A stretch of 63,056 bases of DNA, filler included, from Octopus bimaculoides (lineage: Eukaryota), in the NCBI RefSeq assembly GCF_001194135.2. It is 12 parts of 11 records of this genome, joined end to end, with 100 filler letters (N's around TTAATTAATTAA, not from the genome) between each part and the next. Parts side by side here need not be neighbours in the genome. Positions count along the whole stretch, not along the records: positions 35,438 to 44,598 come from NC_068983.1; positions 44,699 to 46,916 come from NC_068982.1; positions 47,017 to 50,989 come from NC_068998.1; positions 51,090 to 53,571 come from NW_026421152.1; positions 53,672 to 55,795 come from NC_068995.1; 7 more parts are not named here. One strand, given 5' to 3'. Position numbers and translations under genes: made by a program. Of the stretch, positions 40,457 through 54,337 are shown in pieces. The stretch's first letter is position 1. Each line of letters starts with the position of its first letter. Below the pieces are notes generated by a model. It saw only the letters and a list, made by a program, of their open reading frames with translations. It did no database searches and was not told the origin of the DNA.

Positions 40457-43452
40457 GGACCTGCGGTGAACAAATATGGTTTTACAAATTCGCTGTCTCT
40501 CTCTCTCTAGCTATTATTAGCTGATTAATTGCTATAAAGTCAAACAGGAATATCTAAGTTTAAAAGGTTTTAATCAAACAAAAATACAGTAACCTACAAT
40601 GGAAACAAGGATTGTAAGCAAAACCAAACTTCAACGCAATATCAGTTTTATGCAGCGAGTTGCTACAGCCTCGACTAACTAAAATTAACACTTATCACGT
40701 TGTGCTGTAAACAGAACAAAACTCTGTGCAGTTACCCTGCAGGCAGATAAAAGCATTCGATACAATCAAATTCACGTGATCAAAACTAAAATCAAAACAA
40801 TTATGAAGCTGGCAAACGAAAGTTCTTATTGAGTGTTCAGACTAATGATATATCTCTATGCTTCTAGTGACACGCAAACTACTTTAACCAATTCAGGTTT
40901 AAAGAAAAATTTGTTGTAGTTTTAGGAGTTCAATATTTCAGACAGATAGGCCAATGACACCAGTGTAACGAATTACAACAGAAAATTGAGTATACTTGTT
41001 CAATAAAAATCATTTCTAGCAATTATGATTTCTGATGAACCTTTAATCAATTATGAAATTATTTTACTGCTTATTTTGAACACTTTTTATGTCAATTGTT
41101 TAAACACAAGGCCTCACTTAACGTATCGTCATCATTGACTAAAGTTTTTATTTCTTTACATTTTCTTATCATTGTCAAAACCTCTATCACTATTTTAATA
41201 CATCAATGCTAACTAAAACGAAATTACAACCAAATGATTTTTATCCTTTAGATATAAGTACGAAAATATTTTGAATTAAAACATTTCGAACTCTAACAAG
41301 AGAACTAGTTAACGAGATTCGTGTGCCTTGACTGAATTTGAGAAAATACCTCCTACAAGCACCACGCCAGAATTTGTAAAACAAACCGTTTTCGTTTCTC
41401 TCTATCTTTTTTCTCTTTCTCAATATTACTGAACTTTCAATCAAGAATATTTGTTATGATCTTCCTCGAACATTTACACTTATATTCCAGTCAATCACTG
41501 TGAAACTCATTCAAATTTCTGACATTTGAACATTTGATCGTTTAAATATTTTTTTGAAAATATTACCTTATAACTTTAAACTGTCATTAACCCTATATTT
41601 ATTATATTTACTATTGATTAGAAAAGATGAGTCGAAAACGGTATTCTGAATAAATGTATAACAAAATTTAAAAACAGCTACACGTTTTGAGAATCAGTCG
41701 CTTTTTTTAAATGCCCAAACAAATTCTCATATATGTATATGCATATATATNNNNNNNNNNNNNNNNNNNNNNNNNNNNNNNNNNNNNNNNNNNNNNNNNN
41801 NNNNNNNNNNNNNNNNNNNNNNNNNNNNNNNNNNNNNNNNNNNNNNNNNNNNNNNNNNNNNNNNNNNNNNNNNNNNNNNNNNNNNNNNNNNNNNNNNNNN
41901 NNNNNNNNNNNNNNNNNNNNNNNNNNNNNNNNNNNNNNNNNNNNNNNNNNNNNNNNNNNNNNNNNNNNNNNNNNNNNNNNNNNNNNNNNNNNNNNNNNNN
42001 NNNNNNNNNNNNNNNNNNNNNNNNNNNNNNNNNNNNNNNNNNNNNNNNNNNNNNNNNNNNNNNNNNNNNNNNNNNNNNNNNNNNNNNNNNNNNNNNNNNN
42101 NNNNNNNNNNNNNNNNNNNNNNNNNNNNNNNNNNNNNNNNNNNNNNNNNNNNNNNNNNNNNNNNNNNNNNNNNNNNNNNNNNNNNNNNNNNNNNNNNATA
42201 TATATATATATATATATATACATACACCAAATAAGAGTGATGCTGAAAGACATTTTCACGTAGAAACATTTTACTCATCTTAATTTAAAGGCACTTATTA
42301 AATTCGTGCTGCTAATCTACATTCTAGTGTGTTAGAACCAAATCAAATATGATATTTAGCTGTTGTGATCAGCGTAACGATGCACTCAAACCCCAATGTT
42401 ATTGCGCCTCATCCGTAGTTTTCTCATGAATGATGGGAGAAAGCGTAATATATGCTAAAGCCATTGAGAGACTTCGCTTGCCTGATTTGCAACATACAAT
42501 TTGATGTGACGTCGTTGCTTAGGAATCGAAATATTATTTTAACATACAATTGTATGTCTTCGTTGCCGTTTTCCAATAGCTTGTATCTTTTATCCTTTAC
42601 ATGTTTCAGTCGTTAAAGGTTTAGTCAAACGCATCATCTGCATTACGCATACTTTCAGCGTGTTCCTTATGGTGTCGGCCTCTTTTGCAAAATCGCTAAA
42701 TCTGCACAATTTGACAAGTGATAGTGGGGTAGAAACCTAGCACAAATACAAAGACATACGCGTATAAATAAATATACATACATATATATGACTACCAAAT
42801 CCACTTGCAATGCTTTGGACTGCCAGTGTCTTAAGTTAAAGACGATTGCTTAAGTTAGAATAGAGCAACAAAACATGAAATTTCAATTTAATAGGCATAT
42901 AGATATAGCAATATCTCAATGCAGTTTCTTTATATAAAAACAGATGTGTAGGTCATGGCTGGAATGCAATATTATATAAATTTCCACAATCAGCGCTGTC
43001 ACCGATCTAAACAGCAGGCAACAAAACAATTTGTCTTAAAAGCGAAGGCACTCACATAGTCTCCTTTATGAATCATTGAAAGATAAATTATACATCTACC
43101 TCTGCAGAGTGTTAACAGTTTCGCTTATAAAATATTATTCTGTTCAATTTCCTACAGGGAATCTGTTATTCTATTTTTTTTTCAGAAACGAAATTTCTTC
43201 CGAGTCGTGACTGATTCCACATGTTTGAGAATGGATAGTATTAATACACAACAGTACATTTCTATGTGATGATGATGATGATGATGATGACGCCGATACT
43301 AATAATAATGAAAATAATAGGAGTTATGATATTCACAAGAACTGCAGAAGAATCAACGTTATTAACATCATCATCATCATCATCAACAGCACAACAACAA
43401 CAGCAATCGCAACAGCAATAACAGCAACAACAAATTTAAAGATATAATAATG

Positions 43453-43586
<134 letters not shown>

Positions 43587-44546
43587 AACAACAGCAGCAA
43601 CAACAACAACACCAACAATAATAATAGTAATAATAATAATAATAATAACGGAAATATAATAAAAAATGTGTGCTAACTGTGAGCATCGTTATAAGTGTGG
43701 TGATAATTAATAGGAATTTTTGTAAGATATAAAACATAAAATAAGACCCAATGATGCTGATGATGATGATGTAGATGTTGATGACATTGATGATGGTGAT
43801 GTGTATGACGTTGAAGGTGTTGACAATGACGACGATAATGATGATGACAATGCTGATCATCATTATCACCATCATCATACTAAACTCTATAATTTCAACC
43901 TTAATTATTAGCGGTGTTACTATACTCCTCATGATCGAAAAAGCCTTGCTTGTAATACAGAATTAAATAGTCATTTCTTTTTTTTTTTTTTTTTTAGAAA
44001 TTTAAATACCTCTCTCCATAGGCATTTCTCTGAAGATGCGGTTCTATGAGTATTCTTCAGTATTCAATTTGCTGGTTTTCCGTTTCTGTTAATCTCATCT
44101 CTGATCTATACATTTCTGTACCATTGAGTTCTATTTTCACTATTGTATTCATCATATTTTGATCATTTAATTTTTACTATTTTTATACTTTATCATTCCA
44201 ATTCATTGTTGTGCATCTTCTCATTGCTTCTGCAATTGGGCCTAATCACATTATTACATAGATTATAATTACAAGAAAAAAAAACATTTTTATCCAGCAT
44301 GATCTCGAGCAACAAAATTTATATAATACCAGATCAGAGATTTCTTTATGAACAGCATCAATGTAACTACGGTGAATATATACCCTCGCTCGCACACGTG
44401 TGTGACCGGGCATGCGCATGCATATCATGTGATCATCTGATCAACCAGGCTATTGTATATTTTTATACAAACCTAGTGACATTACACCTCGCATCACTTT
44501 GTCTAGCATATGATGTCAGTGCGTTCGGTAGGTGAGATGGATAATA

Positions 44547-44598
<52 letters not shown>

Positions 44599-44698
44599 NN
44601 NNNNNNNNNNNNNNNNNNNNNNNNNNNNNNNNNNNNNNNNNNTTAATTAATTAANNNNNNNNNNNNNNNNNNNNNNNNNNNNNNNNNNNNNNNNNNNN

Positions 44699-44930
44699 CA
44701 TGCGGTCTTCAAGACAAGGCTGGACCTCTTCCTGTCAGGTGTCCCAGATGAACCAACTTCACGGCAGGAGGCGCAGATGAGAGCAGCTGCATCAAATTCT
44801 CTCATGCACCAAATGTCAATTCCTGAAGTAAAATTCATGAAGTAAAATTGTGTAGCAACACCAAATGGCGGTGCCCCAGCATGGCCACAGCTCATGAGCT
44901 GAAACTAGATAAAATGAAAATGAAAATGAT
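44699..44930 (+). mobile_element. 3' end of a CR1/L2-type LINE (ORF2 C-terminus, 3'UTR, tgaaaa tail)
   Basis: AVFKTRLDLFLSGVPDEPTSRQEAQMRAAASNSLMHQMSIPEVKFMK* (stop 44843-45), followed by ggcggtgccccagcatggccacag..gctgaaactagataaaatgaaaatgaaaatga. Confidence 0.8.
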
Positions 44931-46245
44931 ATATATCTTATATTTTTCATATTTTTGTTATATCATATACCCCTAATCACTTATTGCTTTTTATAGCTTT
45001 TTTCAATTAAATAAACTTTTCATTTCTTTATTCTTTCCCCCAGAAAATTTATTTCTCTCTACATTTTTATTTTGTTATTTTTTTCTTATCTCTCCCTATT
45101 TCTTATCTCTCCTTTTACTTTTCTTTAATTCAATCTATTTATTTAACGTCTTCTCAATATAGTACATACTGTCACTCACAACCCCTAACCGTTTTCATAT
45201 TTTCTTAAATGATTACATATTGGCCCTCAAAACATATAATCGTCTATTTTTCAAATCTCTAATACCTTTTTAGAAAGTATTTATTAGCTAATAGCTCCCC
45301 CATTACTCCCTCGACATCCGCTCTTAGTTTTCTTATAACATAATGTTTACATTACTTAGATACTGAACATATGAATATGTGGTCCTCATCCATCTTATCT
45401 AGTAAATTTGTTATCCCCAACTTGAATGGATCCGAAGCATTGTTTATCTAGTGACCAGATTGAAACATGTCTATACACATTTTATGCTTATTTTTTTGTT
45501 AATTTATGTTCAATCAATTTTTATTTCTTCTTATTTTGATACAAATAAATGTATCTACAAAGTATCTACAATAGTTTTTCTCCGTTTTCCTGTATTAATA
45601 TATATATATANNNNNNNNNNNNNNNNNNNNNNNNNNNNNNNNNNNNNNNNNNNNNNNNNNNNNNNNNNNNNNNNNNNNNNNNNNNNNNNNNNNNNNNNNN
45701 NNNNNNNNNNNNNNNNNNNNNNNNNNNNNNNNNNNNNNNNNNNNNNNNNNNNNNNNNNNNNNNNNNNNNNNNNNNNNNNNNNNNNNNNNNNNNNNNNNNN
45801 NNNNNNNNNNNNNNNNNNNNNNNNNNNNNNNNNNNNNNNNNNNNNNNNNNNNNNNNNNNNNNNNNNNNNNNNNNNNNNNNNNNNNNNNNNNNNNNNNNNN
45901 NNNNNNNNNNNNNNNNNNNNNNNNNNNNNNNNNNNNNNNNNNNNNNNNNNNNNNNNNNNNNNNNNNNNNNNNNNNNNNNNNNNNNNNNNNNNNNNNNNNN
46001 NNNNNNNNNNNNNNNNNNNNNNNNNNNNNNNNNNNNNNNNNNNNNNNNNNNNNNNNNNNNNNNNNNNNNNNNNNNNNNNNNNNNNNNNNNNNNNNNNNNN
46101 NNNNNNNNNNNNNNNNNNNNNNNNNNNNNNNNNNNNNNNNNNNNNNNNNNNNNNNNNNNNNNNNNNNNNNNNNNNNNNNNNNNNNNNNNNNNNNNNNNNN
46201 NNNNNNNNNNNNNNNNNNNNNNNNNNNNNNNNNNNNNNNNNNNNN

Positions 46246-46293
<48 letters not shown>

Positions 46294-47139
46294 TACTAAG
46301 AAATGTACCAAAATTATATGGTAGTTTAGAGTTGATAAGGCATACGTGCTTTTAAGAAAATTTCTAGCTGGATTACATAACCGTTCATCGAGATTCATAC
46401 ATTCTTGTTAATTTTTCATTATCTCTTCATTGTTTTGCAAACCTAGCAGAAATACCATGAACTGTTTAAATAGATCATTATGCAAATAAATAACACAATT
46501 ATCATTGCCGCAATGGAAAAGGGTATGAACACACATATCGCAAGTTTATGCCTTCCCGATGTAAATGGGCACAAACATGACAATGACATTTTTGGGAGCA
46601 AGAACGAAAATATTAAAAACAGCAGAAGGTATCACTTTGCAGTACAACTAATCAGCTCATACATCAGGACAGAATACGATATTTTGACTTAATTAACATT
46701 TTATGGCACCAACCACAGACCATCTGTCCTGACACGAACTTCCGTGCAAAATCCCGCATCATATTACCGCATTATCGTCCTGCATAATGCTTGATAGTAA
46801 CTCAAATACACATTCATATACACATACATGCATACATGTATGTATGCATATACATAAATATATACGAGCTTGCATATATGTATGTATGTATGTATCTCTC
46901 TCTCTCTCTCTCTCTCNNNNNNNNNNNNNNNNNNNNNNNNNNNNNNNNNNNNNNNNNNNNTTAATTAATTAANNNNNNNNNNNNNNNNNNNNNNNNNNNN
47001 NNNNNNNNNNNNNNNNTTATTACAACAAGTAGAAGAAAGTCGACAGCAACTTGACCATTGTGAAAACCAAAAGTTCATCTGTTATGGCCACATTCGAAAA
47101 AACTGAGATCTGGGAAATATTATTCTGGAAAGAAGGAAA

Positions 47140-47432
47140 GCGGCGAGCTGGCAGAGTCGATAGCACGCTGGACGGGAATGCTTAGCGGTATTTCGCCCGT
47201 CGTCGCTACGATCTGAGTTCAAATTCCGCGGAGATCGACTTTGCTTTTCATCTTTTTGGAGTCGATTAATGAGAACCCAGGTTCGAAATTTCCCCAAGAC
47301 ACCTGATGAAGGCTGCAGGGTATATCAGCCGAAACGTTGAGTTAACAACAAACGAGATGAGGACAAATATCTGTCAAATGTAAATAATGTAAATAATGTA
47401 CGTAATTCCTCATCTCTTAAATATAGAACTGT
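47140..47432 (+). mobile_element. Composite repeat: tRNA-derived SINE head and central domain joined to a hammerhead-containing 3' module
   Basis: 47140-47270 aligns to the SINE at 53763-53890 (ggcgagctggcaga..gagttcaaattccgc..gactttgcttttcatc..gtcgattaa). The 3' part is instead ccaagacacctgatgaaggctg..cagccgaaacgtt..tcctcatctcttaaatatagaactg. Confidence 0.75.
47298..47343 (+). ncRNA. Minimal type-I hammerhead ribozyme motif (canonical CUGAUGA/GAAA core)
   Basis: GACAC-CUGAUGA-A-GGCUG(cagggtatat)CAGCC-GAAA-C-GUU^-GAGUU. Stem II is 5 bp, stem I is 4 of 5 pairs, and the palindromic ACGU replaces a stem III hairpin. Confidence 0.75.
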
Positions 47433-47760
47433 AACATGAAAAAGGTCCACAGTCAAAATCACAGCAAACATCATTATAGTTTCGACACTTGGGCAGTAGC
47501 ATTAAATTCGGCGGTCTTAAAAGTGTTAAAATCATTAAAAAAAATAATAACTGCCTGGGAATTAATTAATAAAGAAGAAGCAGGGACGAAAAACTATCGG
47601 AATTTATCCATTATGTATTCGACCGCTTATTGTTACAACTGCAAATATCAAATCTCGAGCAAAAATCGTTTCAAATTACTTTTCAAGCTCTTCGGTAAAT
47701 CTTTATATTCTCTTCACACAACTGATTAGCAAATTAAAAGAACACACAGGCACACACACA

Positions 47761-47802
<42 letters not shown>

Positions 47803-48159
47803 CACACACACACACACAAACAAACAAGCACAAACACACAGACAAATATACACATATGTATACATACATATACACATGTGTATACATACATATACTCACA
47901 CACATGCATCTATAGGTATATGTACGTACCTATGTATGTGAATGTGTATGTGTGCGTATGTGTGTGTATGTGTGAGTGTGTGTATGTGTGAGTGTGTGTG
48001 TGTGTGTGTGTGTTTGTCTCCAATTTTACGTTTCTTACCAATAAAAAAGACTAATCAGAGAACAGATTGAGATGACGAAGCTAAAGAGAAACTGATGGAG
48101 ATGGTGACGGCGGCAACGACGCTGGCAGGAATGATGATGACGATGATGATGATGATGAC

Positions 48160-48200
<41 letters not shown>

Positions 48201-48345
48201 CGATGATGAAGGCGGTACTGGTGGTGGTCGTGGTGGTGATGAAGGATTCGATAACGCTGATGATAGTGATGACGGTGATGATGTTCATGATAATAATGGT
48301 GTTGGTGGGGGCGTCAGCGTGGTACAGGCTGCGTTGTCATCGTCA

Positions 48346-48386
<41 letters not shown>

Positions 48387-48674
48387 CTACTTATTAAACA
48401 TAAAGCTGTTACCCTGAAGCAAGACTTTCTAGTCTGGTCTACATTGGGGAAATCACCAGTGTATATAAATATGACAACTATATAGATAGATGGGTGTATA
48501 CACATATACACACAAACACACAAACATCCACACACTCATACACGCTCAGATAGAATTACGCACACACACACTAATATATATGTCTCTGCAAGACTCTTTT
48601 AAGTGTCGGTACACATGCATAGATACACACGTATATATACTAACATACATATAATCAGGCATGTATATATATAT

Positions 48675-48733
<59 letters not shown>

Positions 48734-48752
48734 TTACATATATTTATATAAA

Positions 48753-48791
<39 letters not shown>

Positions 48792-48891
48792 GTGTACACA
48801 TATATTGATGAAGAAAAGCCTGTATATCTTATTGGACAATTTACATTCTCAGTGTAATTAGCTACTACTACAAATGCTACTACTGCTGTTT

Positions 48892-48950
<59 letters not shown>

Positions 48951-49104
48951 GTTGCTGGCGATAATAAAGTTAGTTAGGAAGGTTTATCTCGGTGATAGGG
49001 AGCCTTTGATTTATGATTCCCTGGTGTTTTCGGTCGTAGGAGAGAGCGATGTAGGTTTGGTTCCGATTTTACCTCCGAAAGCGGAGTGTGTCCACAGAGA
49101 CACG

Positions 49105-49156
<52 letters not shown>

Positions 49157-49359
49157 TGCACGTTAATGCATACATACACACTTATTCATACATACTCAAA
49201 CGAATACATTTCACAAACCTACAAACAAAACACCGACCNNNNNNNNNNNNNNNNNNNNNNNNNNNNNNNNNNNNNNNNNNNNNNNNNNNNNNNNNNNNNN
49301 NNNNNNNNNNNNNNNNNNNNNNNNNNNNNNNNNNNNNNNNNNNNNNNNNNNNNNNNNNN

Positions 49360-49410
<51 letters not shown>

Positions 49411-49659
49411 TGAGTGTGTCTATGTGTACGTATGCATACACACACACACACGCACACACAAACACATATATATAGATAGATAAATAGATATACATATATG
49501 TATGTGTGTGTATATATATAGTGCATACATAGAAGCCTTAGAAGCTTGATTATAATTTTCATGTATATGCACAATTCTATGCATTTCTACTTAAGAAGCT
49601 TTATATATATCATCAGATGAAACCATTACTCCCATCATTTATCTGTTAACACACATACA

Positions 49660-49925
49660 CACCTACCTACCTACCTACCTACACACCTACCTACACACCT
49701 ACCTACCTACCTACCTACCTACCTACCTACACACCTACCTACCTACCTACCTACCTACCTACCTACCTACCTACCTACCTACCTACCTACCTACATACAT
49801 ACATACATNNNNNNNNNNCCTACCTACACACCTACCTACCTACCTACCTACCTACCTACCTACACACCTACCTACCTACCTACCTACCTACCTACCTACC
49901 TACCTACCTACCTACCTACCTACCT
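49660..49925. repeat. (CCTA)n tetranucleotide array with cctaca interruptions
   Basis: Directly visible; contains a short gap. Confidence 0.95.
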
Positions 49926-50278
49926 ACATACATACATACATACAAACAAACAAACAAGCGTACCCTGTTGTTGATGTTGAAATTCCAATGAAGGAGCCTT
50001 GGCTCTAGCTTAGTAGCTGATTCTTTCCCTATTGGCAAGAAATCTGGAAATAAACTGAACAATGACATACGTAGATATTATTGAAGCGATAGGATACATA
50101 CCACATCCTGTGAAGCAAAGAGAGAACGCAACAAATCCTTAATTCATTTACTACGATTGACCACCATATCTGGGACTATGAAAAGGTTTAGAGGGTGATG
50201 GTTAAAACAAGATATTGTCCTTCACAACCTTACTACCAAGTAGGTGACTGGTCAATATTTACTCTAAAATTAAAAAGC

Positions 50279-50324
<46 letters not shown>

Positions 50325-50933
50325 NNNNNNNNNNNNNNNNNNNNNNNNNNNNNNNNNNNNNNNNNNNNNNNNNNNNNNNNNAGTGAGAGAGAGAGAGAGA
50401 GAGAGAGAGGAGAACATGCAGCCATACACGCATAAATATGTAATGTATTTGATGGCGTAAAAGACACACGGGCGTACTGAACGCATCCTAATTTCTGTAA
50501 TGTATAGTCAGCAAAAATAGTTTTTGGTCCATTTTTGGAAACTTTTGTACATGAAAGAGAATACAAAATTTCCTGCGAGATTGCCATCTTTCCTGCGAGA
50601 ATACAAGATTTCTCTGACTATATGGAAGTACATAATCTCTATGATAGAAACCTCTAGTCTAGACTTTTGTATCTTCGATTTCTTATTCTTGCATTTACAT
50701 GCATGTGGGTCCAATAGAATACTTGTTATGTCTACAGGAGACGTAGGTTCGATTACCACAGGCAACCTTGGAATTTTTCAATCCGAAAGGATTTTTCAAT
50801 ATTTACATGATTTTACTTACAGCATTGTGTGTGTGCTTCAAGATGCTCTTTTCCCAAAGCCAATTATTTCACGTTCTCTCAAAAGCGTATAAATTTCTTA
50901 TGACATCAACAATACATACATACATACATACAT

Positions 50934-50989
<56 letters not shown>

Positions 50990-51089
50990 NNNNNNNNNNN
51001 NNNNNNNNNNNNNNNNNNNNNNNNNNNNNNNNNTTAATTAATTAANNNNNNNNNNNNNNNNNNNNNNNNNNNNNNNNNNNNNNNNNNNN

Positions 51090-53571
51090 GGTATGTGTGC
51101 ATGTGTGTGTATGTATGTCTGTGTGTGTGTGCATATGTAAATATGTATGTACGTGTGTGTATGCATATATGTATGCATGTGTGTGCGTTTGCATGTATGT
51201 ATGTATTCTGCATATTCCTGTGTTTGTGTTTTTTGTGCATGTGTGTATATGTATGTATGTACCTCTGCCTCCTTGTGTGTGCATGTCTGAGTGTGTGTGT
51301 GTGTGTGCATGTTTGTGTGTGTGTGTTTTGCTGCTATGTACCATGTTTGTATGTATGGGTGCACATCTCCATATGTGTGGACATGTGTCTTTGTGTGAAG
51401 TAAAGTGTGTGTGTATATGTAGTCATGTGTTTCAGTCTCTATTTGTGTATGTGGTTGTCTGTTCATATACCCTATGTACCTACCTTAGCTAGAAATAGAC
51501 TCTGACATATCTTAGACTGATATAACAAATCCACTAAAAAACATAGTGAGGAGGGGACCCACCAAATCAGCTCATCTGTTGACAGAGGCCTACATAAACT
51601 GAGACAGCGAATTAGGAACAGAGAATTAGTGTACCTCCCTATGGACAAGTCTGGCAGACTGTCGATAGACAGCCCACAGAACTATGTCCAGACCATGCAA
51701 CAACACATCAGTAACATGAGAGAAGTTACACCACAAGAACAGGCCACAGAGGGGAAGACCACCCACCATCACTTCAGCAGTGAAAAAAAGCACCACTGAA
51801 CACTGGAGTGGCTGGACTGCACCCACCCAAAACCCTGAGAACAACAATCAGGTGAAAGAAATGATTGCTCACGCAATAGGGGCCGGTATAAAAACCACCT
51901 TGTTGGTGTAGCTGGAGATGTGGCCGGCCTCTTCATGACCTGGTGGGACAGAAAACTTAAACATATGTTAGCAGAACAGTCCACAACTCTTCTACTTTAC
52001 AGCAGATATGTAGATGACATTAATATCATAGCTAGGACCAACTCTAGTGACGGTCGTGTAGAAACCAAAAAGAACGTAATGGAGAGCATCCAGCAAATAG
52101 CTAACTCCATCCACCAAAGTATCAAGGTAACTATAGATTACCCAACTAAACACCCCAACAATACTTGATACTGTACTTGATACTGAACTTTGGTTATCAT
52201 ATATGAAACCCACAGCTTCAAAATATGTTGTTCACAAGAACTCAGCTTTGTCACACAGCATGAAAATTAACATACTGATAGCAGACTTAGTTAGGATAAT
52301 GAACATCTCCCCACTATGCGAACCCTATGAAACGAAAAAACATATACAGAACTTCATGCACCGCATGCAGTTCTCTGGTTATGATCAGAAAGATAGGGTT
52401 TGAGTATACAAAGGAGCTAGAAAGAGGTTAGATAATATTATACGTAATGATACCAGTGGTACCTGCCCTAGATATAGAAACAAAGAATGGAATAGGATAC
52501 AAAGAATTTGTGACAAAGCCAACAGGGCGAACACGTGGTATAAAACCAACAGATATCAAGGAGTGATGTTTGTAGAGGCCACAACCCATGGAGAACTAGC
52601 GCGTAGGTTTAGAAAAGCTCTGAAGGAGTCCAAACTCAACATTAAGATTGTTGAAAAGCCAGGGAACTCCATCAGATCACAACTATGTAGGACGTACCCC
52701 TTTGAGAATACCATATGTACCAATGATAACTGCATGGTATGTAGGATTAGCCCTGGCATTAACTTCAGAAATAGAAATGTAGTTTACAGCATAAAATGTA
52801 TGGAAGGTGCTTGTAAAGACCTGAATATGACATACATAGGGGAAACATCTAGGAGCATTGCGGAACGACTAAACGAACATCTGAGACAATATGACGACAA
52901 AAAACAGTCCTCCATACTCTACCAACATGCCAAAGACCAGCATGGAAGCAACTTGGGTCAACTTGACATCCGCATCTTATCCAAGACCCAACTCTAAGAC
53001 AAATACGGGAGTACGTCCCTATAAATGAAACTTCCCCAATACTATATAGGAAATATACATAGATATCATACCCCAATACCCACATTTTACACGGGTAGAG
53101 TAGAACAGTTAATGGGCTTTTATGCAGATAGATGTATGTATGTCTGTGTGTGTGCATGCACATGTATGTATATGTAAATAAACAGGTCTACATACAGACA
53201 TGTAGGTACATAGGGTATATGAACAGACAACCACATACGCAAATAGAGACTGAAACACATGACCACATATACACACACACACTTTACTTCACACAAAGAC
53301 ACATGTCCACACATATGGAGATGTGCACCCATACATACAAACATGGTACATAGCAGCAAAACACACACTCAGACATGCACACACAAGGAGACAGAGGTAC
53401 ATATATACATATACACACATGCACACACGTACATAAAAAACACACAAACACAGGAATATGCAGAATATCTACATACATACATGCATATATATATGCATAC
53501 ACACATACATATATACGTATGCACACACATACATACACACACATGCACACATACATGCATGCATACATACA
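51090..53571. repeat. Inverted duplication, arms 51090-51483 and 53202-53571
   Basis: Non-periodic sequence such as ggtgcacatctccatatgtgtggacatgtgtctttgtgtgaagtaaag recurs as its reverse complement at 53280-53330. The arms differ by several substitutions and indels. Confidence 0.9.
51484..53070 (+). mobile_element. Penelope-like element fragment (RT plus C-terminal GIY-YIG endonuclease), degraded
   Basis: RGLHKLRQRIRNRELVYLPMDKSGRL (PLE N-terminal region); AGLFMTWWD..LYSRYVDDI (RT catalytic motif); ICTNDNCMVC (Cys linker); NVVYSIKC..YIGETSRSIAERLNEH..LYQHAKDQH (GIY-YIG); DPTLRQIRE..INETSPIL. Has an internal deletion, frameshifts and an in-frame stop. Confidence 0.92.
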
Positions 53572-53671
53572 NNNNNNNNNNNNNNNNNNNNNNNNNNNNN
53601 NNNNNNNNNNNNNNNTTAATTAATTAANNNNNNNNNNNNNNNNNNNNNNNNNNNNNNNNNNNNNNNNNNNN

Positions 53672-53739
<68 letters not shown>

Positions 53740-53762
53740 GTTGTTGTTGTTGTTGTTATTTT

Positions 53763-53975
53763 TGTGGCGAGCTGGCAGAATCGTTAGCGCGCCGACCGAA
53801 ATACTTAGCGGTATTTCACCCGTCGCTACGTTTTGAGTTCAAATTCCGCTGAGGTCGGCTTTACCTTTCATCCTTTCGGGGTCGATTAAATAAGTACCAG
53901 TAGAACTACTGGTGTTGATGTAATCGACTCACCACTCTCTCAAAACCGCTGCCCTTGTGACAAAATTCGAAACCA
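53763..53975 (+). mobile_element. Full-length SINE with the gtcg.cttt.cctttcatcctttcggggtcga domain, set between (TTA)n tracts
   Basis: tggcgagctggcagaatcgttagc..gagttcaaattccgctgaggtcggctttacctttcatcctttcggggtcgattaaataagtaccag..gcccttgtgacaaaattcgaaacc. Confidence 0.85.
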
Positions 53976-54031
<56 letters not shown>

Positions 54032-54287
54032 TAAAACCGTTTCATTCGGCCTCATGCGACTTAAAGTTTAAAGGTATCTTACATAAACTTATGAAATTTT
54101 GTTGCATGAAGCTGAATCAAACCTTGTTAAATAGTAATATATGTAACTGCTACTAAATGTATTGAGTGCCTCTTCCTTTCGTTTCTCCGCTCACCCGTAC
54201 ATATGTGCGCGTGCGCGCGTGCATGTATGTATATATATACATATCTTCAGGATTAGTTAAAAAGACAACAAACGAGAAATTTGACAT

Positions 54288-54337
<50 letters not shown>

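Noticed and set aside
52401-52403. In-frame TGA in the Penelope ORF as possible selenocysteine/readthrough
   Set aside because: The element has other frameshifts and a deletion, the position is not an evident conserved Cys, and no SECIS was seen; an ordinary nonsense mutation is most likely.
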